Positions 24,497 to 41,197 are shown, numbered from the stretch's first letter. The stretch is 64,000 nucleotides of DNA from Tubulanus polymorphus (GCF_964204645.1 NC_134026.1:2007950-2071949); one strand, 5' to 3'. Notes: generated by a model from the letters alone, not told the origin. A program made the numbers and translations.

Positions 24497-27378
24497 ATGG
24501 CAAATGGAAATAAAAGTTCGACCACAATCCGAAGAAGAACTCAACGAAAAGTTGTGAAGACCCCTCATTCTACAATCTCCACCCATTGTAATCAGAAAGG
24601 CGAATCTTGGAGCTTTTTAGAAAAATTTACGTCATTTTGTTACTCCTCAGCCTCAGAAGATGTTGAGCCTGAGATTAGCAAAGAAAAACTATTTGGTTTG
24701 TTCTAATTCTTATATTTTTACATAAAGTTTAAGTCAATTGAAAATATGATATCGATATGAATTGCTGAATTTGGAGTGCTCCAAATACTTGTATCTATTT
24801 ATGTTTTTTAGGTCCGTCTTCTATTCAGAAGATTATGAGTAGCGAAAAGACATTATTCATGGGACTGATCGTTGTGCGATTGATCAATGCTATGATGATA
24901 CAAACATCGTTTGTTCCGGATGAATACTGGCAGTCATTAGAAGTAGCCCATAGATCAGCATTTGGGTATCCTTCTTTATAGTCTAGTACCTAGCCGTCGT
25001 TCTACAAAACAACCTTAGGGAACCGGTAACAACGACTGGAATTCAGACTACCTTCCTTACACCAACACATGAGATCGAGATATATGCCTCATTTGTTTAT
25101 TTTGCTTTCGTGCTTCACAGCGTTCAGATCTTGGTCTTCCAGACTAACCCACAGGTTGTTCGTATAATCTGAGAATGAGACTGCCTTTGAAGTGTTGCCT
25201 ATACACTTATGGCAGCCACTGATAGTGCATACAAAAGCATTATGCCTTGTCCCACTGAGGGGGTCCATTCTCTCTTCAGTCAGAGATTTTTTCTAAATGT
25301 ATTGCCCTCAAATCTCTGAAAATATCTTTCACACCATTTGTAGCAGCAAATTTCCTTAAATTTACTGTTTAGATATGGATACTTGACATGGGAATGGCGA
25401 GTTGGTTTACGCGGTTACTCTTATCCACTAATATTTACATTCATATACAAACTATTAGCAATATTCAAGATAGACAACAGACTTCTGTTGGTAAGACCTT
25501 CGTGTTAGTTGATAATTGAGAATTTCAAAGCTTCACTGAGCAGAATATAAGGTTGGTTTTTTTTTCATTTCAGATAAAATTACCAAAAATACTGCAGGCT
25601 TTATTCGCCGGTGTCGGGGACTTGTATTTATATAGATTTTCACGACGTATTTCTAATCAAGCAACCGCCCAGTGGAGTCTGTTCTGTCAGTTAACTTCGT
25701 GGTTCACATTTTATTGTTGTACACGAACTCTGACTAACAGCACAGAAGCCACTATGATGCCCATTGCTCTATATTATTTTCCCTGGCCGGATAAAACGAG
25801 GTTAGTTTTCATAGTGAAATATTTAACCCTAGGGTCTAATAATGGTGAAACTCAACTGGCTCTGGCTGGTTTTCCTTTGGTCTTTATTGTGAAACAGAGA
25901 AAACTGACGTTCTTTACAGGAAATCTCAGTGGAAGTTTGTACTATTGGTTGGTATTGCTGTCATGTTTCGTCCTACAGCAGCCATACTTTGGTTACCGAT
26001 GTGTTTATGGCATGTGTGGCTTAATCGTCGATGGCCAGCATTTAAAACAATCATGAAAATTTATACTTCTACTGGGTGAGTGATTTTGTGTAGTAACTGT
26101 AGTTCGCCTTTTCAAATCATTGTGTTACGAATTTTTTATTAAGAAATGGATTGCAAGATGACTAAATGATGGAAATATCTTCAATTATCTTTTCCAGATT
26201 ATTCCTCTTTGGTCTCACAATGTTGGTCGATAAGCATTTTTACAGAGACTGGACCGTTGTGCAGTGGAATTTCCTGAAGTTTAACTTTCTCTCCGACATG
26301 GGCACCTTTTACGGCAGTCATCCCTGGCACTGGTATATATCTCAAGGATTTAATGTCGTCATCGGAACTCATTTCTTCCCATTTATATTCGGTGTTCGAA
26401 ACACTAAGAATATAGTTCTGTTATATATGATAGCCTGGACTGTTGGTATATACAGGTACGTTTTGGTCCATCAACTTAATATCACCTATTTATGCTAACC
26501 CTTTCCCAACCTGGATAATATTTTAAAATTATGCTATTTTTTTTTTACAGTCTTCTCGGCCATAAAGAATTCCGTTTCATCTATCCGATTCTACCAATAG
26601 CTATGCATATCTGTGGAGAATACCTGTCGACTCTGGACCGGAAATCGAAGACGGTTACCGCTTCTGATGAAAAAGCGCATAATTTTTCAATCATAGGTGG
26701 AAATTTCAATGGGTATATTTTCAAAAGAAAGTTATAAATACTGGGTTATGTAAAGTTGATTGGATGAAGATCACAATTTCTTTCGACTTTTTCATTTTTC
26801 TAGATTAATCAAAAAGGTATTAACCGGACGAACTGCTGCCCTATTTCTGCTGCTGACTAACATTCCTGCTATGTTGTACTTCGGTCTACTACACCAAAGA
26901 GGTACCTTAGATGTGATGAAATACCTCGCGAATTCAGCTGCTGCGATGCCTGGCTACAGGAAAATGGATATTCTGTTTCTGATGCCTTGTCATTCAACAC
27001 CTTATTACAGGTATGCAATAAAAATTGGAATTTGATTTAAAACAGACTTTTCAAGATTCAAAGATTTGAATCTTATTTTTCAGCTATTTACACACCAATG
27101 TAGGAATGAGATTTCTGACTTGTGAACCTGATTTGACCGCGTCTGCCGTTAATTACACCGATGAAGCTGATCTATTCTATGACTCACCCGGTCAATGGTT
27201 AAATCATACATTCCCTGTTAATTCCGCACTACCGACTCATCTCGTCATGTACAACGTTCTACACAAGAAAATCAGTTCGTTTCTATCGAGAAATGATTAT
27301 AAACAATGTGCTCGTATATTTCATACTCATTTACCCGAGGGTAGAGTTGGAACTCATATACTAGTGTACTGCACTTGA
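24497..27378 (+). CDS. PIGB: GPI mannosyltransferase 3, multi-exon
   Basis: Motifs QTSFVPDEYWQSLEVAH, GYGYLTWEW, RTLTNSTE, FYGSHPWHWY, GHKEFRFIYP, HQRGTLDVM, FLMPCHSTPY and MRFLTCEP. Confidence 0.95.
24966..25372 (+). other. U12-type GT-AG intron in PIGB
   Basis: Donor GTATCCTT; branch TTTCCTTAAA (25351-25360); splicing gives AFG-YGYLTWEW. Confidence 0.88.
24979..25050 (+). mobile_element. 72-bp non-autonomous DNA transposon with TAGTCT...AGACTA termini and a 9-bp TSD (copy 1)
   Basis: Flanks CCTTCTTTA and CCTTCCTTA match at 8 of 9 positions; a reverse-complement relative lies at 30702-30765. Confidence 0.75.
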
Positions 27379-27516
27379 AAAATGACAGTCAAATATTAAG
27401 ATTTCCGTCCATGGCATTTTGAAAAACAATTCTTTACCACCTATAGATCTGGATTTTAGTAAATGCTTTGAGGCAGCTGAAAATTTAGAATTTTAGTGCA
27501 TGCACGATTCCACACA

Positions 27517-27645
27517 CTACAATGTTAGTGTTGTAAATCTCAAAACTCCTATTTTTATTCTACAATGTTAGTGTTGCAAATCTCAAAACTCTTATTCTTA
27601 TTCTACAATGTTTGTGTTGTAAATCTCAAAACTCTTTTTTTTATT
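27517..27645. repeat. Minisatellite, 3 x 43 bp, downstream of the PIGB stop
   Basis: ctacaatgttagtgttgtaaatctcaaaactc... starts at 27517, 27560 and 27603. Confidence 0.9.
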
Positions 27646-28045
27646 ATACGTGTCTCAAACATTTTTAAATGTTGCTTTGATCATCGAGTTCCAGTAAAGT
27701 ATATGTGAAAATATGGTTTTGGTTTATACTTTAATACGCTATACAGTATATTACAACAATAATGTTTTACATATGAAAAAGGGTTGAAAAAATATCTCAT
27801 AGACCTATGTCCTAATAAATAAATTTACATAATTGTTATTATCAATAAAACATGTATTTTTATGATTATCTAACGGTAATTAGCTCTAGTACTGGTGTTG
27901 TTACCTTCTATATATTTCAATTTGGCGGAAGGCAATGTTATAGATCCCACAACTGAATAGTTAAAGTGAAAGTGAACAGATATTTCAAGGTAACGGTAGT
28001 GAATTTTGTTTACGCCGATATTCATAATTGGTGAAGTTTTCTTCA

Positions 28046-31000
28046 TTATTTCTTCCTTAATTTTCGAAGGTTTGTCATTTCATCGGTTAAGACTTGCGTC
28101 ACTTTTATTGCAGCTTGAGCTTCGGGACCGGGCATTTTTTCCAAAGCCAACTGAGCAGCCCCTCGGACGGTTGAAATCGGGTCATTTCTCCTGTAAACGG
28201 AACACATAAAATCAATAGCTAATGCAACATGTACATGTGTTCACAGGCGCATGTACAGGTTGACATACCATCGATCTAAAAGTGGTTCAACGGCTTCAGC
28301 TACTTTCAAATGTCCTAAAGCGAGACAAACGCTTTCTCTGACCAGACGATCGTCATCTTCCATACGTGCCAGCAATCTTCTAATGATCTGTTTGTTGTGT
28401 TGATCTGTAAGACAAATAATACCAGCATTTAGTAATCAAGTCGTGAATGAATTCGTAACTGTATCGGATACAAAAATGCAAAAAACTTACTCGCTTTACC
28501 GAGAGCAAGCGCTGAAACAGCTCGCATATTTGGATCGGAATCCGACAGTTGATCGAGAAGTATTGCCATCACAGCACGAGTCTTAAACGCCGCTGAAAAT
28601 GGTAGAAATCAAAATCTTTGTGATATAAAGATTCTGCCGACTGATACAGATTTGTATTCAGGGTCAGAATTCGATGGAAATTTACCCATGTTTTGTACAG
28701 CAGTAAGTCGTACAGAACTATTCATATCGAATACTTCTTTCATCGCATGCATACAAACGGCGTATTCTTCAACGCGTTTGTAAAATATGTGAGGATTTGA
28801 ACTCGTTCCACAGAAATGGACGTACTTTTTCTTCGTAACGTTCTTCACCTGTTCGAATATATCTTTATAAATCAACACTAGGAGCCAGTTCGGTCGTTCG
28901 TGGCCGAATGTCTCTTTTATTTGCGAACCGTAATCTTTGAGAAAGTTTTCTCTGAAATCGAAGTACGATGCGGTTTCACTTCCAGAAAAATGTCGGTCCC
29001 AAAAATCCATCTCGTTCTGTCGGTCGGGAATGTTGTCTCCTTCCGGTAGTTTACGTGTCTTGTTCATCGTGAAATTCAACTCATCAAATTCTGAGTCTTC
29101 GCTGATTTCTTCATCATCGAGAGATTGAATATTTTCCTTTATCTTTTCAATCATTGCCGGGACATTCTTTGTCCAGTCTTCGTCGGTTATCAAAAATGTC
29201 CAATTTATCTTGGCGAGCATGAGTTTTCTGAAATGGGCATAAAATGTAAATTCAATAATGATATCTATTACTTGCACCTGGTTGAATTAACTGATTTAAA
29301 TCGTACCTTCCACTATCTAATTGTTCAGTTACGACAGAAAACTGTTCGACTCCAACTGGGAATATCTGTTTATTTGAAATATAAGCCAACGACAGCTCAT
29401 CCTGGCATACTTTAGATCCTGCAGAAGCATCGCTTAGAATCTGTATGAACACCTGGAACCAGAATATAGTAATCTAAATTGCGATTTAATCACGATAAAT
29501 TCAATAAGGAAACTACTATTTATGCTAATAATTCATGATTTTCTATTTGATTTATACCTTGCATTTTAGAATTGCACTTGCTATTTCACTGCTCGTAGCA
29601 TTGGATCCTGCACTAGAATTATGCCAGACTTTCAAACCATTTTCCGTAAGTTTTTCTAAAACAATTGATGATGTAAATTAGTCATATGTTATGAATAATT
29701 CTACATTTCTATAAAACACAAAACCTTTGATAGCATACCTGACAGCTTCTTAGCTACTTTGCTATCAGTGTCGTGATAAGAGATAGTGACCTCACAAGTA
29801 TCTGCAGTTGCCGCAGGTTTCATGTTTTGATTTGGTGTCGCAAACTTCTCGCTATCACCAATTATTGATCTAATTGACGTATAAGATGAATTACTGTTTC
29901 TACGCTCAATGTCAGCTGTACCAGCAAAACTGTCAGACGGGGTGCAGATTGTAGTCGCTTCAATCACTAAAATCAACAACCAGATAGTTGATGTTTATAA
30001 GCTGTAGTGTGTATACAATATGATATGTACAGTTAAACATGCATCATCCACATCAGGTTTCCTTACATCATAGTATGTGTTAACTACTGGTATGTGTACT
30101 TCAAAAACTGGCTTTCATTATTTGGATGAAATACATTCATTGACTGTATTATGGTTTATTTTATTCGAATTAGACACTATTTGACTGTTTCTTATTAATC
30201 AGGGCCCTGTTTTATAGACATGACTTATCTTTAACCCAGGGACTAACTCAGTTCATTTTCAATTGAGTTCATAGCTTATAAACCCAGGTTAGCATAGTAT
30301 TAGCATAGGTGTTAGCATAGTATTATTAGTCATTTCTTGGACTTTTAACGGTCAATGAGAATGCTCTAGGCTTCTCCAAACACCTTTGTTTTCTGGGGTT
30401 ATGGCTTGTTTGGATTTGTAGTGTTATGTTATTCTTACCATTGATTTGAATAATTGTACCGTCTAATGTTTTATCGGAGTTTCCTGATGCAGCACATCCC
30501 ATACCATTTTACCTGGACAACCACAAGCTATCTACCCCTGTTTCCGACTACCACTACCAACTACCAGATTATGATTTTAGGTTGCCTACCCTCTACTAGG
30601 CCTGAAATGTTAAGAGCTGACACTAGCGAGCCTAACGCTTCAAGTTAACTAACATATGATTCGTGGGAAACTTAAAACCACTATGAAATTAATGAAAGTT
30701 TTAGTCTGAATACCAGTCGTTGTTGCGGTTCCTACAACGTGGTTTAAGGAACAGGTACTAGACTATGAAAGTTTATGTTAGCCCCAATGGTTCTATAGCA
30801 TGGTAGTACTTCCTTTAATAATTATTACAAGAGATTGATTCCATTTTTGATTGAATTGAGTTTCACGCCACAATTGCATCACATCACACCAATTAGTAGG
30901 ATATTACATGTAATGACAGAATAACAGAAACAGTCAGTAGATTACCCAGTAGTTAGTATTTTCACAATAGAAAGAAGTTAGGGGACAAATAAGGCTAAAT

Positions 31001-31172
31001 AGTTGAGAAAAATAGAAAATTACATTTGACACAACAAACCTATTTTTGACAGCTGTACTTCGCATGCCACAGTAGGCTTATTACTGTGTAAAAATCTTAA
31101 CCGTCGAGTGCTGCCACTATATTCATGGTTGGTGGTAGTGTGAACTAACTTCATCATCGATTGAACCGACAT
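28046..31172 (-). CDS. TIR-domain protein with C-terminal HEAT-like repeats, about 8 exons
   Basis: TIR-like VTISYHDTDSKVAKKL...GLKVW...IASAILKCKVFIQILSDASAGSKVCQDELSLAY...IFPV; HEAT-like LLDQLSDSDPNMRAVSALALG, RMEDDDRLVRESVCLALGHL and DPISTVRGAAQLALEK; phase-compatible GT-AG introns. First exon 31172-31041 is tentative. Confidence 0.8.
30702..30765 (-). mobile_element. 64-bp non-autonomous DNA transposon with TAGTCT...AGACTA termini and a perfect 9-bp TSD (copy 2)
   Basis: TGAAAGTTT at 30693-30701 and 30766-30774; homologous to 24979-25050 in the opposite orientation. Confidence 0.8.
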
Positions 31173-31907
31173 GCCACAGTAGGAATATTGCGATGACCCG
31201 TATCTAATTTACACCTCTCTTAGGTGACTGGTGTGTCTGACAAGTCGAGTGGTGGCAAGACTACTGAATAAGTTCTCCAAACGTCTAGTTGAAAGACTAC
31301 TGAAACTGCAGCATTTGTGAAGCGGTCTTTTGAATTCAATATTTTCTGTCAATTTGAGATTAATCTTTTCGATAGTATACAACGCAGTCGAAGGCAAATC
31401 ACATTATGAAATACAAAAAAAAAATACATAAAAGATAATGTTTTACTGTCTATTTACACACTTTATTCATCATATTATATATTTACATAATACCTCAGCA
31501 CATTATAGCAACAAACATAATTTTACACATGGTTGTGATCATAGTAATGACCTACAAACTGTTACATGATATTAATAAATAACCAGGTATGTTTATCTAA
31601 ACTTTTAAATATCGATGTATTCACTAACTCAGATCTAAAGAAAACCTCAATTCTATTCGTATTAAATACAGTGGTGTGTTTTATGATAAAACACACCACT
31701 GTGTATTTCATTTACCCCTATTATTCTAATTTAGCTCTACCGTGGATTAAACTTTGATCCACGTTAGAGGTAAATAATGCTTTTCAAATTGTTGCAAAGA
31801 AACAGTAATAGAACAATATTGACCTACGTCACTAAATCAAATAACTGTCTCACAATCATCACAAATCCAAAATTCAGTACGCTGGTTAAATGTCTAGGTC
31901 TAAGAGT

Positions 31908-35270
<3,363 letters not shown>

Positions 35271-35278
35271 ATTGCTGC

Positions 35279-35286
35279 TGACGTCA
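35279..35286. promoter_or_regulatory. Palindromic CRE (TGACGTCA) just upstream of the OXCT1 ATG
   Basis: Exact CREB/ATF palindrome next to a YY1-like AATATGGC that overlaps the start codon. Confidence 0.4.
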
Positions 35287-36392
35287 CGATCGGCGATTTC
35301 GATTGAATTAGTTTTTTATGTTCGAATCCCGAGAAATATCGACGACACTCGAAGTCTCCCCACACTAGAACAAATCTAAAGAAGCTTTCTGCATGAAATT
35401 TAAGAAAATCATGGAGTCTTCTTTTTACTAATAGCAAATACCCATCTGCAGTTTCTGACTGTCTAAGTTCCACTGGCAAAAATGTATGGTTTGTTTGGGT
35501 TATCTCAAAGATCTCACATAGAAATTGGTTTGAAGTGAAAAAACGGCCATCCACCATAGAATCTGTACTAGGTTACACTTTATTTTCATCTTTCTCCGCA
35601 GTAAATAATTGCTGATTTCGTTGTGAGATATTCGTCGTAGAGTGATGGTTATAGGCTTTGGAAGCAGAAAGTCTTCTAAAGCTGATTTCATGTAAATCGG
35701 TTGAGTAGTTTTTTAATACAGTCGCCTGACGTGAGGTCATTTTCAGATTGACTAGTTGCCACCGTTGTTTTTTTTATTCAGGGATAACTGGGGGTTGGTC
35801 ATTGATACTGGTTTTATACATTCATTGTGACAAGTCCCGTAGCGCAGTACTTTTTATCATGCCGAAAACCGCCGCTTCATCGCTAGTCGAGGTGTCCCCG
35901 CTGAAGTTAATTGTCGACATTGAAAACATGACACAAAAAAATTCGAAATTTCTTTTTGACATCGGAACCCCAGATTTTTGTCTGTTGTAGCGTGTGCGTA
36001 TTCGATTTCAATACGATTTCTGCATCAAAGTCGCAAGTAATTTTATCTCTCAGCGCATGATCATTTTTTCAGTCATGTCGCTGACACTTTTCTACGAAAA
36101 CATACAAATACAAATGAACGCCGTTATACACATTATATACAAAATATATATTTCATATCAAGTTTTACAGACATAAATATATAATAAACAATAAAATTTG
36201 TTGAGTTCATTCATGATTAATGTGTTTAATTGTATTCCAATCACGGAAAAGTCATTTTAGTAAACACTGTTTTTCATGCTATACAACATACTTATCGTGC
36301 ATGTTTCATAGAATTATCGGTGCATGCGCGCGGAAGCTACCGGTAGTAGCAATTTTTCAAGCAGATTTATTTATCGAATCCAAACTAGTTCT

Positions 36393-38435
36393 TTATTCCG
36401 TTTGCACAATTCTGTTGCGTTGGGTTTGAATCTGATGTGATAACGTCCGAGACATCCATATGAGTATAATCTGTAGACAGAAACACATGAATATAAACCC
36501 GCGCATTTAAAGAGAAAATTGATGACTCTACGAAAAGATGGTTCAACAACACACGACTAACCTGTGGAATAATGACCCCAAGACAAATACCGCCAACTAA
36601 TATCGCATTATCTTCTAACCATTTACCAAAGCCTTTCACACAACCTTGCACATAAATAGTCAAGTACGCTGTGGGCGCTTTCTAAAAAAGTAAAGGGCCA
36701 TTGATGTATTAACAATTTCTTCGTTTTTATGAAGGCAAAATTATCTAATAATAGTACACGTATAAATAATTAAATACCTCCGGCTTAAGTAAACCGAGTC
36801 CACACTGTAAATTTCTCAATTCACCCTAGAAAATAGTTTGAAATTGTTGAATCTATGACATAAATCATTTTCAAGTTAGGACCAGTAAAATTTATGTGAA
36901 ATGTATTTTTAGATTTATACCTAGTAAGGCCTGTTAGCTGACTTAGGGCTTACCAAATATTCAAGTAATATTTTGGAAGATGTAGGTACACTCACCGGTG
37001 TCGGTTTACAACATGAATACGGTACAGAACATTTCTCCCAACTTTTGCTAGCTTCCGAACAATTGAAATATTCATTTTGGGACCACGTCAAATATCCATT
37101 ATCATCGTTACTTGAACCGCAGCATTTAAACTGAAAATAAGATGACGTCATAGAAGGATAGTTGAAATTTTACGGTGGTTTACCCCTCGCAGATAAGATA
37201 AGATCAAAATATGTGTCTATTGACCAAACAAACAGGATATTTAGGTATCAACAGATAATTAAATCAAATATGCTTTATATCGATGGGACGTTAAAGGGGT
37301 TTGTAAGATATCCTAAATACCGAGTTATATAACGTACATTTATATATCATTATCATTAAACCTGAAGTGATGATTCACTGGACCTGCAATGTCGAAAAAT
37401 GCTCACCTGTTGCTGCATATTATTGATAGAATCTCTCAAATCATCGTCATCTCTGTAACGTATGATGGCTTTTTGTAGAAATTCCTCAGGGTCTAACCAC
37501 GTCATCTTCTTGCGTATGCTTTCCACGTAAAAGAACAGGAAGACGAGAACCCCGAATAACACTTCCAGAAGCAGCAATATCGTTATTATTATGTGATACT
37601 TAAAGATAAAGAAATAGAAATGTAATCATTATTTCCCGCTTTGACGAACACGTAAAAATCAGAAAACGTATACAGTGGCGTGCTGTTTCTGTATTAAACG
37701 GAATAATTATGTGATTTTGAATTATATGATTGGAAACTTCAGGCTTCAAGTTTCAAAAAGGTTTTTGTAACTTTCAGAGAAACAGTTATTTTCGAGGCAT
37801 TAAACCGGTTAATACTGTTTAAAAATCTAGCTTACACATTTTAGGAAACAGGTGTTTTCTCGAAGCGAACCAGTGCAACCGAACGTGGACAATATAAACA
37901 CAAACGCCCCGGTGACACACATCAATATTGCGGGATCAAATATAAAATCCATCACATCCTTGACTTTTTTCTCTTTCACGTACAGCAACCAAGCGCCAAG
38001 CCCGGCGGCTACTCCACCCAGTACCTAAATCAAGACCGTAAAGCTGAACGATGGCAAGATTTCAAAGATTATTGAAATACATGTATATAATTTATTTTCA
38101 TAACCATCAATATACAGAACGTGAAATATCTAGGAGTATCAATGTAAATAATTCAGTTTTATATACGTAATATATCTAGCTTAATGACACTTAATAAGAA
38201 GTCGTTGAAAACATTTTGAGGGTTTAATCAAGTAATGAGTAATCGAAAGTACGAGTTGTATATATATAAACATACATGTTTATATGCTTATTGTTAACCA
38301 CGCCCAACCTATATACAACAAGAGTTTAGCACTTACCCATAATAAAAAGTTAATGAAGAAAAGGGTATATTTATAAAATGGATTGACAACCGTTTTTCGT
38401 CTACTCCTGCCTCGTATGCGGATTAAAGCTGCCAT
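36393..38435 (-). CDS. Tetraspanin, TspanC8-like (TSPAN5/14/33 group)
   Basis: [44 protein letters not shown] and IYVQGC motifs; four transmembrane segments; ends RIVQTE*. Confidence 0.9.
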
Positions 38436-38547
38436 TTCGCACCAACTTTTGAAAATCTGTTTAGTTCATTTTCTAGAAATAAATCAACATAGTTTACAAT
38501 AGGTGTACTACATCATCTGGTTTAGTTAGTGCCATACAGAGGCGTAT

Positions 38548-38561
38548 GTATCCATGGCAAC
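38548..38561. promoter_or_regulatory. RFX X-box GTATCCATGGCAAC upstream of the tetraspanin ATG
   Basis: Matches the GTHNYY-AT-RRNAAC consensus, about 113 bp from the start codon. Confidence 0.45.
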
Positions 38562-40537
38562 ATCCTCAATATCTTTCCAATCTGAATTGTGTACATGTAT
38601 CAATGTACCAGTATTCATGAAATAATCTTGTGACGCATAAGATGTCGTTTCACAGAAAATTCGTAAGATGTAAAATGGTTCATAGTCGGTGCATATAGAA
38701 ACGAATCTAGTTAAACAGTAGACAACGTACATTGCACAACAACATATATTTAATTAAGACGTCAACTATATAACTGACTATGTATAATTATGTTAATTTC
38801 TAAAGCGACCTACAAAGAATGTTAGATGAAAATGACTACTATTCCACGAGTATACGGATTTGATCTACCTGCAAATTGATATCACGGGATTGTACTAAAC
38901 GAATTCAGATTCACTGATAGTTTCCTTTTCGGTCAAAATTCACATCACAATCGTTTCTGCAAATAGATTTCTTCACGTATATCCAACGAGCTTTTGTTTT
39001 TTGTAACCGGTTTTCCTAGTGCACCCAGAATATAAGCGCTATAGTAGCGCATATACTAGCACAATGAGTTTAGTCATAGATATATCAGCCTCTATAACAA
39101 CACCTCGACATGTGTCCCATGCAATAATAATAATAAACCCAAGCGGCAATTCAGAAAACTAACACGTCACAATTCACAAACATAATGCGTCATCATTTTA
39201 CTCGGGACATCGACGATCTCTCATAACGCCGTATAGTTTTAGTCGTTTAAAAATTCGTTGCCTATATAATTGGATGATGGGGCGTTTGTTTATGTTCGTT
39301 TTTGCTAACAAGTTAAATTGTTCTCATTTTAACCCGTAAATCTCCATGATGAGATCCTCTTCTTTCAAGTGCTTTTCATCGTTCTAGTTTATCTTAAATA
39401 ATGACTGAGATGTAATGGTTCGAAAAGATTGCATCGTTCGACAAAATTTAAGTTACGTGATTTTTGTTCAGTGTATTTCCAAAAACGCAACCACCTCCAC
39501 ATTTCTTCATTCAGTCTTCAAACATATTTACAGGTTTCTATTCATGAGCAAATTGAAGCCTATTCTGAACCCCTAAAAAAGAAATTGCGAGGGTACATGG
39601 TAAAGACGTCTATCTATATATAAATTGACTTTTTGCAGCGTGAATCGATTTAGAGGCGTATTTGGGCTCCGCTAAACCGACGTATGAGACTGGTTGGAGG
39701 CGAGAGGACATCTATTTGTGCAATAAATATTCAAATGCGATCAATTCCGCTGTCAATATCATTGTATATTCCATAGTTAACAAATGATTTCACGCGGCTG
39801 TGGCTTGTGTGTTAATAAATGCACGTAAGTTGTTTTAAGTCCCATGCTTCAAAAATTATAAAATGTTTTTGTTTTCAATGTCCCAAAGTATAACCATCAC
39901 ATATTTCTATGAAAAATGGGAAACCAAGCTAACAGAAATGACCTTTTCCGGTCAACCAAATTGGACCATGTCTAAATCGAAATGATATCGTAATTCTTTT
40001 TGGTTATATACAGCTGGTTTTGGTTTCTCTGTGATGATCCTTCAGTTCGTTCCTTTTGTAATTTTGTATTCCTGGTTGATGAAATTATGGTGGAATGAAT
40101 ATTATCGTTATCACACTGGTTCAAATGGCTGATGGACACATGCGACTTGATGTGGAATTCCGGTTTTTCCACTCAGTGTGAGACGTTGTTTGATCAGCAA
40201 ATACAAGTTGTATTATATTGTTTTATCGACAAATACTTGTTCACTTGTATCATCGTTCTCGCATTACATATTTTTTTGTGTATTTTTCGTGTCGGACGCG
40301 TGTTAACCAAATACAAGAATTTGGAATTTGAAATTTCATGGATGAATTCTAACAAAAGACGTCGTGTAAGAAAAACGACTGTATTACATGTGTTCTATTT
40401 CTTCTACATTTCTCCGATGCCTTCTCTTCTTTTCTCTTCCGTCTATCGAAAAATATCGAGGTGAATTCCCAGTTTGAACCGAATGAAAATCAACTATTTT
40501 CGAATGGAGTTTTATTCTATGGTATGGAGAAAATGAT

Positions 40538-40815
40538 CTATGTTTTTATTTCTGGTGGCTGTATATCTGGAGGTCGTGCCTGATGAGGTGGAGGTAAGGG
40601 TGGTAGGTTTGCTGGCACCGGTAACGATGGTCTGTCTATCTCATTCAATCCGGGGGGTAGCGAGCGTTGTCCTAAAATTATATGTTAAGCATTCACGATT
40701 GATTATATAAACGAATCATCAGATAATTTCAAGACTGAAATCGATTACCTTCTGTCAACGTAACTTCAGGAACAAACAAAAGCGCCACAATGAAAATAAC
40801 AATCGAAGCCTTCAT
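40538..40815 (-). CDS. 66-aa secreted proline-rich peptide precursor; two coding exons (40815-40749 and 40671-40538)
   Basis: MKASIVIFIVALLFVPEVTLTEG-QRSLPPGLNEIDRPSLPVPANLPPLPPPHQARPPDIQPPEIKT*; phase-1 GT-AG intron after the signal peptide; AATAAA about 20 nt after the stop; upstream non-coding exon and TATA box. Confidence 0.72.
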
Positions 40816-41197
40816 GTTGAGAAACTAGAATAATATTTGTATAAATCATTTTCTTTTACCGTAATGGAACAAAATTTTTACAAAATATTCTGAACCTTAT
40901 TCGAAAAGGGAGCAAAGATAACTGTGGCTACTGATACAATACGTCAATTATATTTACAATAGGAATACTGCAAATTAAGATTTAATGACTAACACACAGC
41001 AGCAATCAATATCATCACAAAACTGTTAAGATTTTCTCTTTAAATTTAAGAGGATTCTATCGTTAATGCAAGGTAAGCCTTAGAGATTTAATGTCGCGAA
41101 AGGAATGTGTATCCGTATCGTACACAACTTACCTTCAAACAGTAGCGTTTATAAAGCACACGTAGCACAATCAATTAACCTACCGGAGAACAGCGCA

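Noticed and set aside
31062-31183. 14-bp direct repeat CATGCCACAGTAGG near the TIR-HEAT first exon
   Set aside because: Only two short copies with no element structure between them.
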